IMG/VR virus record: IMGVR_UViG_3300032268_001605
Location: 64,001 to 128,000 of that record
Source: a virus
Length of the DNA: 64,000 nucleotides
Direction: 5' to 3' (one strand)
Within the stretch, counting starts at the first letter, position 1. Each line of letters opens with the position of its first letter. Below are positions 19,312 to 28,598 of this stretch, in pieces. Below the pieces are notes generated by a model, which was not told the origin of the DNA, did not search any database, and worked only from the letters and a program-made list of their open reading frames with translations. The position numbers and the translations under genes are program-made.

Positions 19312-20518
19312 TATTATCAATTTTCTGGATAACCAAATTATAAGCACTCTGTAAATCTTCTAAGTCTTTTTCAGTCTGATTAATTAAGATTGTACCGTTT
19401 GGTAATTTTACCTCATATAGATTGATATAACTATCTTCCACCTCACTAGGTATTTCGATTTCTTGAGTCCTATTGATATCATTCGATAGCTGTGTTAATA
19501 ACTGCTCTGGGTTTATTGAACTATCAGAGTTATTTTTGTAATCACTGACTTTCTTTTTACCATAGTCAACTTTATATGTTTCTAAAAAATCTTTGACTTC
19601 TATTGCATCATCTTCACTATTAGCCCTTACACTTACACCATCTATTACAAATGTTTTATTCTCATCCTTGAAATTTCCCAGTTTTCTAAGTTTACTAGTC
19701 ACTTTTTTAAAAATCTTCTGTTTGTTTGCACCACTTATCAGTTTAATTATGAAATCTAATAATTTTTTTACTAAACTTTCTATTCCAGTTAATTTTGACC
19801 AGATACCTAAAATTATATTCATAAATGAGTTAAAAATTATTGATAGAATCGAAAGATTTTTTGAATCCACGATAAGATTTAGTTTTTCAAAAACTACAGT
19901 ATATGATATAATATTTTTTAATTGAGATACTAAAGATAATAATATATCAACTATTGACATCGTATATGAAATTGCTAAAGGTATATTCCAAGGTGGAGCA
20001 GCTATGATTACGGATATAGCTCCTAAAGATGAACCAGCTTGAATTAGAGATGTAGTTGACTTCTTGACGATTGTTTTAGTCTCTCTTATAAAATTGTAGG
20101 AACCTATCTTTATTTCTTTGATAGTCTTTTTAGCTTCAGATTTCAACTCAACAATTTTATCTTTATAAATATTTTTTATTTGTTTAACTTGTTCTGTCGC
20201 TGCTTGTTTACGCCTTTCTTTTTCGGTATTTAACTGTTCCTTTCTTGCCTTTTTTTCTTCAGGTGTTAAATTCAAATTACTAGATCTCTTTTTTTTAAAC
20301 TCTTCATCAATTTTAGCTATTGATTTACTCAGAGATATATCTTCAGAATCGACTATTAAATCAATTTCTATCGCGGAAAATTTTGGATTTTTTTGCTTTA
20401 AAATTTTCTTTATAACATCATCAACTGGTAGTAAAAAGGGACTTATATCAAATTCACTATTAAATCCGAGTTCTTGTAGTTTTTCTACATTCTTTAGTAG
20501 TTTGGTAAATTCAATCAT
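19292..20518 (-). CDS. Hypothetical helical protein with a hydrophobic central segment
   Basis: 408-aa ORF, TATATA motif just upstream. Confidence 0.7.
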   Translation of the reverse strand: MIEFTKLLKNVEKLQELGFNSEFDISPFLLPVDDVIKKILKQKNPKFSAIEIDLIVDSEDISLSKSIAKIDEEFKKKRSSNLNLTPEEKKARKEQLNTEKERRKQAATEQVKQIKNIYKDKIVELKSEAKKTIKEIKIGSYNFIRETKTIVKKSTTSLIQAGSSLGAISVIIAAPPWNIPLAISYTMSIVDILLSLVSQLKNIISYTVVFEKLNLIVDSKNLSILSIIFNSFMNIILGIWSKLTGIESLVKKLLDFIIKLISGANKQKIFKKVTSKLRKLGNFKDENKTFVIDGVSVRANSEDDAIEVKDFLETYKVDYGKKKVSDYKNNSDSSINPEQLLTQLSNDINRTQEIEIPSEVEDSYINLYEVKLPNGTILINQTEKDLEDLQSAYNLVIQKIDNITVDQT

Positions 20519-20614
20519 ACCTTATATATATTTTGATTATCTTTTCTTTCAACTATAAGTTAATTTTAGAACTTAATAATTAAAAATAATATAAATAAAA
20601 AAAATATTTATATT

Positions 20615-20830
20615 ATGGGAAAAAATGCAAAAGAACATAGAAAAAAAGTAGCTAAAAGAAATCAAAAAATTAGTGAATCCAAAAAAGTTCAAGAAAAATA
20701 TGCTATGGATTTTCTTATGAGAATGATACAAAAAGAAAAAGAAAAAGGTTTATTCAATAACCCAGTACAACCATTACCTCAAGAACCGAGTGTTGATACC
20801 ACAACAAATTATTCTGGACCACAAATTTAA
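20615..20830 (+). CDS. Small basic hypothetical protein
   Basis: MGKNAKEHRKKVAKRNQKI; first gene of a + strand run. Confidence 0.7.
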   Translation: MGKNAKEHRKKVAKRNQKISESKKVQEKYAMDFLMRMIQKEKEKGLFNNPVQPLPQEPSVDTTTNYSGPQI

Positions 20831-20838
20831 ATATTGAA

Positions 20839-21930
20839 ATGAAGTCTAATATCAAAGTTAATCTTAATATAAATAAAGATGATGAGAATTTGAATGATTA
20901 TCTTTATACCTGGTCAGAGTTAGGAACAAGACCTAGTAAAACTTCTATACACGGATTTTTTGATTCTGAGAAATTTTTAAAATATATCGAAGATAATTTT
21001 GATAAATTCGAAATATCTAATTTCACAGACATAATACCAAATGATGATATATCTATTATTAATCAAAGGACATTTTTGAACTTTCAGAATGGTATATTTT
21101 TAACATATACACATCTTGATAAAATACATGAACAAAGTTTAATAACCGATTTGTCTATTTTTTATACACGACACTCAGAAGAAAAAGTAACTGAAATTGT
21201 AAATCAAATATCTAGTTTATCGCTTCAAAATGTGGATGAAGAAGAAGATTTACAAGATAATATCAAAAGTGATTTAAATATACTTGATTATGGTCAAAAT
21301 GGTTTTGAATTAGAAAAGCTCAACGATACTGAGAATTACGAAAATATAGAATACTTTTTCGAAGACTCTATACTCAAGGACACAAAAAGGGTTATTAAGA
21401 GTATAAATAAGAGTAAGAGTGGACTAACTATACTCTGTGGAGAAAGAGGGTGTGGTAAGACAACATTGCTTTCATATATTGCATCAAATTCCAAGAAGAA
21501 TAAAATATTTATACCAAGTACCCTTATAGAAAATTCAATTAACAATTTTGAATTCAGAAAGTTTTTGAAGAAAAATAAAAATGTGATACTTTTATTAGAT
21601 GACGTAGAGTTATATTTCAGTAAGATTTATTCAAAATCAAATTCTTACACCAATAATCTACTTCAATTAGTAGATGGGATATCTGCAAAAGATTTGGATA
21701 TAAATATTATTTTATCTCTGAATTGTAGTATAGAAGAAATTGATAAAAATCTTTTGGAATCTAATTCTCTATTAGATATAATCGAAGTCGGTAAACTATC
21801 AGAAAACAAAGGTAAAGAGTTGTGTGAATTCCTGGATCATAAGAGTTACCTCAAGGGTAAGAATAAAATAATAGATTTTTTAAAAAATAGAGTTTCTAAG
21901 TCCACGAATGTGGAACTAGGTTTCAAATGA
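20839..21930 (+). CDS. AAA+ ATPase
   Basis: Walker A GERGCGKT, Walker B LLLDDVE, NLLQLVDG. Confidence 0.8.
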   Translation: MKSNIKVNLNINKDDENLNDYLYTWSELGTRPSKTSIHGFFDSEKFLKYIEDNFDKFEISNFTDIIPNDDISIINQRTFLNFQNGIFLTYTHLDKIHEQSLITDLSIFYTRHSEEKVTEIVNQISSLSLQNVDEEEDLQDNIKSDLNILDYGQNGFELEKLNDTENYENIEYFFEDSILKDTKRVIKSINKSKSGLTILCGERGCGKTTLLSYIASNSKKNKIFIPSTLIENSINNFEFRKFLKKNKNVILLLDDVELYFSKIYSKSNSYTNNLLQLVDGISAKDLDINIILSLNCSIEEIDKNLLESNSLLDIIEVGKLSENKGKELCEFLDHKSYLKGKNKIIDFLKNRVSKSTNVELGFK

Positions 21931-22200
21931 ACTACTTATCGGTTAAAGACTGATAAGTTTCAGGAGACTTCAGCTCCTTCTTTTTTGGACGTTTCGCCGA
22001 TTTTGCCTGTTAAAACTGGTCTTATTTCATCTCCACGTCTGTAATCGTTGGTTCCCAACGATATATTTTTAATTCCTTCTTTAAGGATATTTTTACTTGC
22101 GTTTAAATCTCTATCTAATTTAGTACTTTTTAAACTTTTTTGAATTATTCAGTAAAATAATTAACAAATTCATCACACAATCTAAATATTTGTGTGTTTT
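21928..22200 (-). mobile_element. Non-autonomous IS200/IS605-family relic: TnpB C-terminus, reRNA region and right end
   Basis: Minus frame ...TKLDRDLNASKNILKEGIKNISLGTNDYRRGDEIRP...* (RuvC-III DRDxNAxxNI, stop at 21960-62), then hairpin ACTTATC-AGTCTTTAACC-GATAAGT and terminal AGTTCA. A second hairpin (CACACAA/TTGTGTG) lies at about 22174-22196. Confidence 0.8.
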
Positions 22201-22232
22201 ACGATTAGTAATATAAAATATATATACATAAA

Positions 22233-22571
22233 GTGAAAAATCTTTCGGATAAAGACATACTGGACTACTTGATGACATCCGAATTCAACGAGGGTTTAAC
22301 CCCAGATGAGTTCAAATTTTTATTACTTAGATTTAGATATCACTATCGAGTAATTTATGGTATTAATCAGAATCTAAGGGTTGAATTAGATGGATCGAAA
22401 AGATCATTGGATGAAAAAGAAATCATTACAAGAAAAGAGATAGATAATCTCAACACCGAAATATGGAGAAGTGAAAAAAAATATAATCAATTGATAAATA
22501 GAAAACTTACTTGGAAAGAAAGAATAAAAGGAAAAATTATTATACAAGAAAATGAAATTAGACGAATTTAA
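22233..22571 (+). CDS. Hypothetical coiled-coil protein
   Basis: GTG start, LDYLMTSEF.EGL, C-terminal LTWKERIKGK. Confidence 0.7.
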   Translation: MKNLSDKDILDYLMTSEFNEGLTPDEFKFLLLRFRYHYRVIYGINQNLRVELDGSKRSLDEKEIITRKEIDNLNTEIWRSEKKYNQLINRKLTWKERIKGKIIIQENEIRRI

Positions 22572-23676
22572 AAAATTAGAAAATACCATTCAAAATCAAG
22601 ATTTTAATAGAAATTACAAGAACATCAATCAGGTGATGCTTTACCTGTCTATTTTTGGACAGTTTGCCTCAATTTTTCTTGCTTATTTCTTAGTATCAAA
22701 AGTCCTATCTAGTGCCATCGAAAGTCCGGTTTTAGTTTCTATTGCCTCTGTAATTTTATTGGGTGGACTTGAATTACTTAAGAGAGAAGTCTTCGACAAG
22801 TTTAGTTTAAATCAACTTAAAACAAAAAGCTTTTTCACTAAAGATGTTTTGCCTCTACTTATAACAAGTACTTTCTTGATATCACTTTCATTTTACTCAT
22901 CCTTAAAGGGAGCAGAGGAGTTCTCATCAAAGGCTGAGGAAATAGAAATAAAAGCAGACACAACATTGAAAAAATATGAAGATAGTCTGACACTGAAGTT
23001 GAATAATGACTTGGCAAAAGTTGACGATGAAATAACACTTCTGAAATCAAAAATAAATGAGAAGGATAAGGAACAAACTGATATTGAATCTTCCGAACCT
23101 ATGAGTTATCAACAAAGAAACCGTGTAAAAGATTTAAAACAAGAAAAATCTGAAATTAAATTAGAAATTACCAAATTAGAAGACTCAAAAAAGGCAATCA
23201 AAGATGGATCAATAGTAGAGATTGAAGATTACAAGAACAACATAGACTCCAAAGTAAAGGATGAGAAAAGGGAAAATAGCACCAACTCATTTTTGTTTGT
23301 TATAATATCGACATTAATAGAAATTTTAATTCTTAGTGGTGTATATTTTAACCAATACTATATTTACAGAAGTTATGATGATTATAGAAAGAAGATTGAG
23401 AAGGATCCAAATTTCCAAAAATGGATAAACTATAACATAGTATTAGATGTGATATTTAGTTCTGAGACTAAAATAAACGACAGATTACCATCAAATAAAA
23501 CAATTCAAGAGTTATGTAAGGTGAATGGATTGATATTATTGAATAAAGATATGATAGAACTCACCAAGCTTTTTGTTTCCTTAGGTATAGTTAAGACTTC
23601 TGGTAGTAGTAAATATATATCAAAATCGAAAGAAAATTCACAAGAATCTTTAAGAATATATTTCAAAATTGATTAA
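22552..23676 (+). CDS. Membrane protein with coiled-coil domain
   Basis: Three N-terminal and one later hydrophobic helix flanking a long coiled coil. Confidence 0.75.
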   Translation: MKLDEFKKLENTIQNQDFNRNYKNINQVMLYLSIFGQFASIFLAYFLVSKVLSSAIESPVLVSIASVILLGGLELLKREVFDKFSLNQLKTKSFFTKDVLPLLITSTFLISLSFYSSLKGAEEFSSKAEEIEIKADTTLKKYEDSLTLKLNNDLAKVDDEITLLKSKINEKDKEQTDIESSEPMSYQQRNRVKDLKQEKSEIKLEITKLEDSKKAIKDGSIVEIEDYKNNIDSKVKDEKRENSTNSFLFVIISTLIEILILSGVYFNQYYIYRSYDDYRKKIEKDPNFQKWINYNIVLDVIFSSETKINDRLPSNKTIQELCKVNGLILLNKDMIELTKLFVSLGIVKTSGSSKYISKSKENSQESLRIYFKID

Positions 23677-23726
23677 AAATGAGTGAGAGAAACATATTTT
23701 AATATATAAAAAAAAAATATTAAGCT

Positions 23727-23957
23727 ATGTTGAAAGAAAATGTCGACCATTTAGATAACTATGACGAATTGTTAGCTATTTTGATAAACGAAGTTGAAGT
23801 TGATGGAAAAAAAGTTTACCTCAAAGAAGAATTCGAAAAGTTTTTTGTCAAAGGTAACAAAACTGCTGGAACAAGAGTCAGAAAAATTATGCAATTTTTA
23901 AGAAAGAAAGCCGAAAATATCAGAAAAGATATTCAGAATTACAAAAAAGACATCTAA
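23727..23957 (+). CDS. Histone H1-like Hc1-family nucleoid protein
   Basis: EKFFVKGNKTAGTRVRKIMQ.L matches the Hc1 'KGNK(A/T)AG.R.RK' signature. Confidence 0.8.
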   Translation: MLKENVDHLDNYDELLAILINEVEVDGKKVYLKEEFEKFFVKGNKTAGTRVRKIMQFLRKKAENIRKDIQNYKKDI

Positions 23958-23991
23958 AATAAAACTCCACAAATTTGTGGAGTTTTATTTT
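23956..23991. terminator. Intrinsic terminator (perfect 36-bp palindrome)
   Basis: AAAATAAAACTCCACAAA|TTTGTGGAGTTTTATTTT. Confidence 0.8.
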
Positions 23992-24027
23992 TTTATATAT
24001 AGAAACAAAATCAAATTATAATTCAAG

Positions 24028-24606
24028 ATGAAAAAATTCAGCACTGTCATAAATCAGAAAATATCTGAAGAACCAAGACCACAAATAAATGTTCAGGAAC
24101 AAAAAATTAATTTATTAAGAGAGAAGCTAGTAAAATTGATGAATGATTTTCTCAAAATTCAAGGTTCGGGTGCAGCTCGTAGCGAGCTAGTAAATAGTGC
24201 TATTTCAATAACTGGTCAAGAAAACTTAGCTGATGCAATAATTGATTTGATATCAAATGAATTCGGGGAAGAGAAAATTAACCTATTAGAGTCTCTTAAA
24301 TTTGAAATCAATGACTGGTACACACTAGATAGTAAAATTCATCAGATTAACGAGGGAATCATCAATGAAAAAAATCAAAAAGACTTGAATCTCGAAAAAA
24401 AATTAATCTCATTTTTAGAAATTTATAGTGATGATAGAGAATTTGAAGTAATTGCTGAAAACTATTCAAAAAGAATTAAAAACAATAGAGAAATTCAGAA
24501 TAGAATTATTGTAGCAGAATCTATCCTTAATGACACAAAATATAATAGGATTCAAAAGGATAAAATCAAAAGTCTGATACAAATTTTCAAAAAAAGAATT
24601 TCCTAA
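24028..24606 (+). CDS. Hypothetical protein
   Basis: 192-aa ORF starting MKKFS, TATATA motif upstream. Confidence 0.75.
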   Translation: MKKFSTVINQKISEEPRPQINVQEQKINLLREKLVKLMNDFLKIQGSGAARSELVNSAISITGQENLADAIIDLISNEFGEEKINLLESLKFEINDWYTLDSKIHQINEGIINEKNQKDLNLEKKLISFLEIYSDDREFEVIAENYSKRIKNNREIQNRIIVAESILNDTKYNRIQKDKIKSLIQIFKKRIS

Positions 24607-24609
24607 AAG

Positions 24610-25197
24610 TTGCAACAGATAAATCTACTCAATCAGTTTTTTGATTTAATTTTTGTTGAAAAATTAGAAGGTAAACTTAATTTTTCTAAGACAATAAAGA
24701 ACAAAAACTCTTTCAAGATAGTAGACGAATATGTTGAATATAAATTAGATACAATAAAACTTGATACAATATTCCAAAATTTAATCAAGGACTTAAGTAA
24801 TTTCAAAAAAATCAATAAGATTAAATCAAGATTCGATAAACGAAATTTTATTGAAAAAATTCTTTTTAAGAATGATTACACAAATATTTTCAAAAAAATC
24901 AAGTTAATATCACAGAATTATTCATGGATAATCATTCCAACAAAACATCTGAATATAATTACCAAATCTGACTTTTACGTCGAAAATAGTGAAAACAGAC
25001 TATCACACAACCCACTAATAAGTTGTGTTGGTAAGTTTGAAAATTTGAATCTATATCTTAATCCAAATGTGGAATCTGATAAACTCATCTTTGGTAATTA
25101 TGATTCGGCTACAATCCTGGTAAAAATAGAAAACGAACTTGAAGTTGGTTATACACTGTTGGAAAACACCGAAATCACTGAATTACAAATCATTTAA
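24610..25197 (+). CDS. Hypothetical protein, weak resemblance to the C-terminal part of a gp23-type major capsid protein
   Basis: SWIIIP...ISCVGKFENLNLYLNPNVESDKLIFG resembles the gp23 pattern 'NFII.S...FAG.LGG.Y.VY.D.Y...DY..VG'. Confidence 0.35.
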   Translation: MQQINLLNQFFDLIFVEKLEGKLNFSKTIKNKNSFKIVDEYVEYKLDTIKLDTIFQNLIKDLSNFKKINKIKSRFDKRNFIEKILFKNDYTNIFKKIKLISQNYSWIIIPTKHLNIITKSDFYVENSENRLSHNPLISCVGKFENLNLYLNPNVESDKLIFGNYDSATILVKIENELEVGYTLLENTEITELQII

Positions 25198-26133
25198 TAT
25201 ATCATCGATAAAAGAATCTCTTAATACGCTAATTGTCTCAAAGTCTCTAAAATAGTAGAATCTGTTTTTATCAAAATCATTCTTGATTTCAATCCTTAGA
25301 GATCCGCCATCTAAACTAGATGATAACACTTCATAGACATTATTCAATGTTAATTCTTCCAAATTCTCGGAATTTACACTTATACATTTTACTCTATCAC
25401 CATTTTGAATTGAAAGAATTCTCTTTCTTAATTCATTCTTCAAAGTCAGACTTAGATGCTCTAAATTCACTTTTCTAAAATCAGAGTCACCTTCGCTTAA
25501 CTTCTCAACTACAAAATCAATAATTGATTTAGTTCTTTGGACTTCTTTAGAAATAGACAAGTCTGGATCTGATAAAAGTTTAGTATACCAATTCTTTACT
25601 CTACCAATATTTTGCTCCTCTATTTCAATTTCATTCTGAATGCAATAGTTTGCGATTATAGCAGAAGAACGGAATAGATTGTCACCATATCTTTTCTTAC
25701 TCCTTCTATTAGGATTTTCGCCACTTAGTGTGAGCCATCTAGGTGAATTGATGAATTTTTGGAAACTAGCTTTAGTTTTATTTCTGAAAACTTTTTTCGC
25801 ATCTTCATCGATAGAAAATTTCAGTAGAATATTTTGTAAATCCAAATTTTTTATTTTTTTCTTATAAAAAACTTCTTGTTCGAATCTTTGTGTATTCAAA
25901 ATAAAATCAATGAAATCTAAATAAATGTGCAATTTATAGGTTCTTGCTTCGTCTCTAACATTCCGGATTAAATCTTCATTTTGATTATAGGCTGCCGTAT
26001 ACAAAATACCATTTGCAATGAACTCATATTTTTTTTGATTCAGATTTTTGTATTCTTCAAGTATTGGGAATAGTTTGATTGACTTTTCCAATTTTATTAA
26101 ATTCAATTGTATAATTTCTGATGTAAGTTTCAT
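25183..26133 (-). CDS. Hypothetical protein with C-terminal SH3/KOW-like domain
   Basis: GDRVKCI...LTLNNVYEV...IKND, ending LRDSFIDDIL. Confidence 0.65.
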   Translation of the reverse strand: MKLTSEIIQLNLIKLEKSIKLFPILEEYKNLNQKKYEFIANGILYTAAYNQNEDLIRNVRDEARTYKLHIYLDFIDFILNTQRFEQEVFYKKKIKNLDLQNILLKFSIDEDAKKVFRNKTKASFQKFINSPRWLTLSGENPNRRSKKRYGDNLFRSSAIIANYCIQNEIEIEEQNIGRVKNWYTKLLSDPDLSISKEVQRTKSIIDFVVEKLSEGDSDFRKVNLEHLSLTLKNELRKRILSIQNGDRVKCISVNSENLEELTLNNVYEVLSSSLDGGSLRIEIKNDFDKNRFYYFRDFETISVLRDSFIDDILNDL

Positions 26134-26228
26134 GTGTAATTTTTTACAAATATATTTATTATTTACCAAACTACCAAATTTTTTTCAAAGTTTAATTTAC
26201 CATCTGTAAATCTTAATATATACTAAAT

Positions 26229-27620
26229 ATGAAAAAGTATTCTGAAACTTTTATTAATAACATTGATGTACTCAAACATGCTCGTATTGGTATGGAATTC
26301 GAGTTCTATATGACAGACCTGTCTTATTATAAAACACTCGAACTTCTAAATCAATATTTAGCACCCGTAAAGGTTTGGGGATTTAGACAATATCACTCAG
26401 ACTTTACGCCTGATGCTCAAAATTTCAAAATTGAACCAGATTTGTCTGGTGGATCAAATATGGTTGAGTTAGTAACAGGACCGATGGATTATTTTTCAGC
26501 TAAACATTACCTTGTCAAGATAATCAAATTTATACAAGACTATGGATACACAAATGAGAAATCATCTATTCACTTTAATATTTCCTTCGACGAGAGTATT
26601 GATAAAAATCTAAATAGCTTAAACATACTTAAATTAATACTTTCGATTGACGAAGATGAGATTTATAGGGTTTATCCATCAAGAAAAGGTAATGTTTATG
26701 CCAAGAGTGTAAAGAAAATTATCCCATTCAAGGAATTTGACTTCAACAGTATAAGCACTGAGATTGTAAAAAACACACTCAGACTACCAAATGATAAATA
26801 TTATGGTATAAACTTTTTACATATTAATAATTCCAGAGACAGTCAAAGATTAGAGTTTCGCTATATTGGTGGAAAGGAATATGAAAAAAACACAGGGCAG
26901 TTAATTTATTTTATGGATAGATTTATAATAGATACTTATAAATCTATTGGAACAAGTTTTACAAATGATGAAATGTTGGAACTAGAAGAAATTTTAAGTA
27001 TGAATATAAGTAATTTTAAGAATCTTTCTAAATATGACAACTTCATCATTGATTTTCCGGGTATTGTTTTACAAGTAGATCAAAATTATATTTATGACTT
27101 GATAAATGCTTATTACCCAAGAATGTATTCAAAATTATTTACACTGATAGATTCTACTGATTCATTGAAAGATTGCATTATTAACTACACTACAGCAACT
27201 CAAAGATTTGAAATTGTTGATGCTCAAGTCAAAATTACACAAAATATCAATGATTTTGATTTTATAAACTGTACAATACAGGATGGGATATTCGAAAATT
27301 GCCATTTTGTTAACTCAGAAATTAATAATTGTCAGATTGTAAAATCAAAACTACATGGTACAGAAGTAAATAAAACAAAACTACTCAATTGTAATGTCGA
27401 AGCTTCAATAATCAAAGACTGTTTTTTCATGAATGGTTATTTGAATAGTGATATGATTGGTGGTGTATTTAGAAGTGGCAAATTAGGCCCTTATGCAAAC
27501 ATCAGCTCTGAGACCAAGATTGTGACACAGGGTGGTAATTTCTTTGATACGAGTTATGACGATGATGAAAAATATGACTACAAAAAAGATAAAGGTGTGA
27601 TTAGTGCCTTTAAAAAATAG
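26229..27620 (+). CDS. Putative amidoligase (COOH-NH2 ligase) with C-terminal beta-helix
   Basis: GMEFEF, IEPDLS, ELVT, SSIHFNIS, KYYGIN, LEFRYIGG, then pentapeptide-like 'FINCTI/FENCHF/INNCQI' repeats. Confidence 0.75.
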   Translation: MKKYSETFINNIDVLKHARIGMEFEFYMTDLSYYKTLELLNQYLAPVKVWGFRQYHSDFTPDAQNFKIEPDLSGGSNMVELVTGPMDYFSAKHYLVKIIKFIQDYGYTNEKSSIHFNISFDESIDKNLNSLNILKLILSIDEDEIYRVYPSRKGNVYAKSVKKIIPFKEFDFNSISTEIVKNTLRLPNDKYYGINFLHINNSRDSQRLEFRYIGGKEYEKNTGQLIYFMDRFIIDTYKSIGTSFTNDEMLELEEILSMNISNFKNLSKYDNFIIDFPGIVLQVDQNYIYDLINAYYPRMYSKLFTLIDSTDSLKDCIINYTTATQRFEIVDAQVKITQNINDFDFINCTIQDGIFENCHFVNSEINNCQIVKSKLHGTEVNKTKLLNCNVEASIIKDCFFMNGYLNSDMIGGVFRSGKLGPYANISSETKIVTQGGNFFDTSYDDDEKYDYKKDKGVISAFKK

Positions 27621-27622
27621 AC

Positions 27623-28508
27623 TTATGAATTATATCTTTTTAATAATTCATCTGATGTTATATCAGATTTCGAACCCTTTTTCAGATTTTCATCTTTGGT
27701 AATAACTCTAAGATTGTGATGAGATGCTATTATTCTATAGTCTATGTTATTGATAAATCCATCCGATATGGAATATATGTGATCTATATGAAATTTTTTT
27801 GAGTCATTTAATTTCAATTTACTATTTTCAATTTTTTCTAAATTTTTATTGAAATTGAATCTAGTTAAATATCTCACTTTTTTATTGTATATTTTAAACC
27901 TTTTAATTTTTTCAATTGGTATTCTCTGTGATTCATAATAACAATATCTACAAATTCTCCTGACTCTGAAGCTACACCATTTAATTTCAAAATTGTGTCC
28001 ATTACAACAAGTCAAATTCAATTCGGCAAACTTATTGGAGCCTTTTATTGAATTTAATATGAAATCAAATTCTTTGACTGAATTACTGACGTTCTCAAAA
28101 TATGATGAATTGATTCTTTTTATTTTTGACAGAATCTTTTTTTGAAGGATTGTTCTCACCACGATTTCTTTCTCTAAGAGATTCTTTCATCTTATACATT
28201 TTACTACTATCAAATAATTCTGACCAAGTTCTTTTATCTCCGAATCTTGGATTTTTCTCACCTGTCATTTGACAAGTTCGACAAATTTGTATTTTTTCAT
28301 TTACAGTACTGGATCTCTTCTCACTCAAGTGCTCTCTGGTTATGTTGTAAACTTTATTTGGTGTTCTACATTCAATTTTATCGCAAATATAGGATACTTT
28401 GTATCTTTGAGATCCTCTATCATATAATGAACTCAATGGTAAAATTTCGTATCCTAAAATCTTCTTTTTTTCTTTTATTGGTTTGTAAATTGATATTATC
28501 ATAAACAT
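27623..28508 (-). pseudogene. Frameshifted HNH homing endonuclease (NUMOD3-like plus HNH)
   Basis: ORFs 28095..28526 (GEKNPRFG, GENNPSK) and 27623..28162 (IDHIYSISDG...NLRVITKDENLKKG) overlap, with a frame break near 28100. Confidence 0.7.
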
Positions 28509-28598
28509 ATATATAAATTCGCACAATGTTCCTGATGGATTTTAAAATAAAAATAAAATAATTTTTTTATATATAGTCTTATAAAAAAAATTATTAAA

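Noticed and set aside
4298-28526. Stranded gene ends next to the HEGs at 4470, 9730 and 27623
   Set aside because: Flanks were inspected and no duplicated terminus of neighbouring genes was found. These look like plain intergenic insertions.
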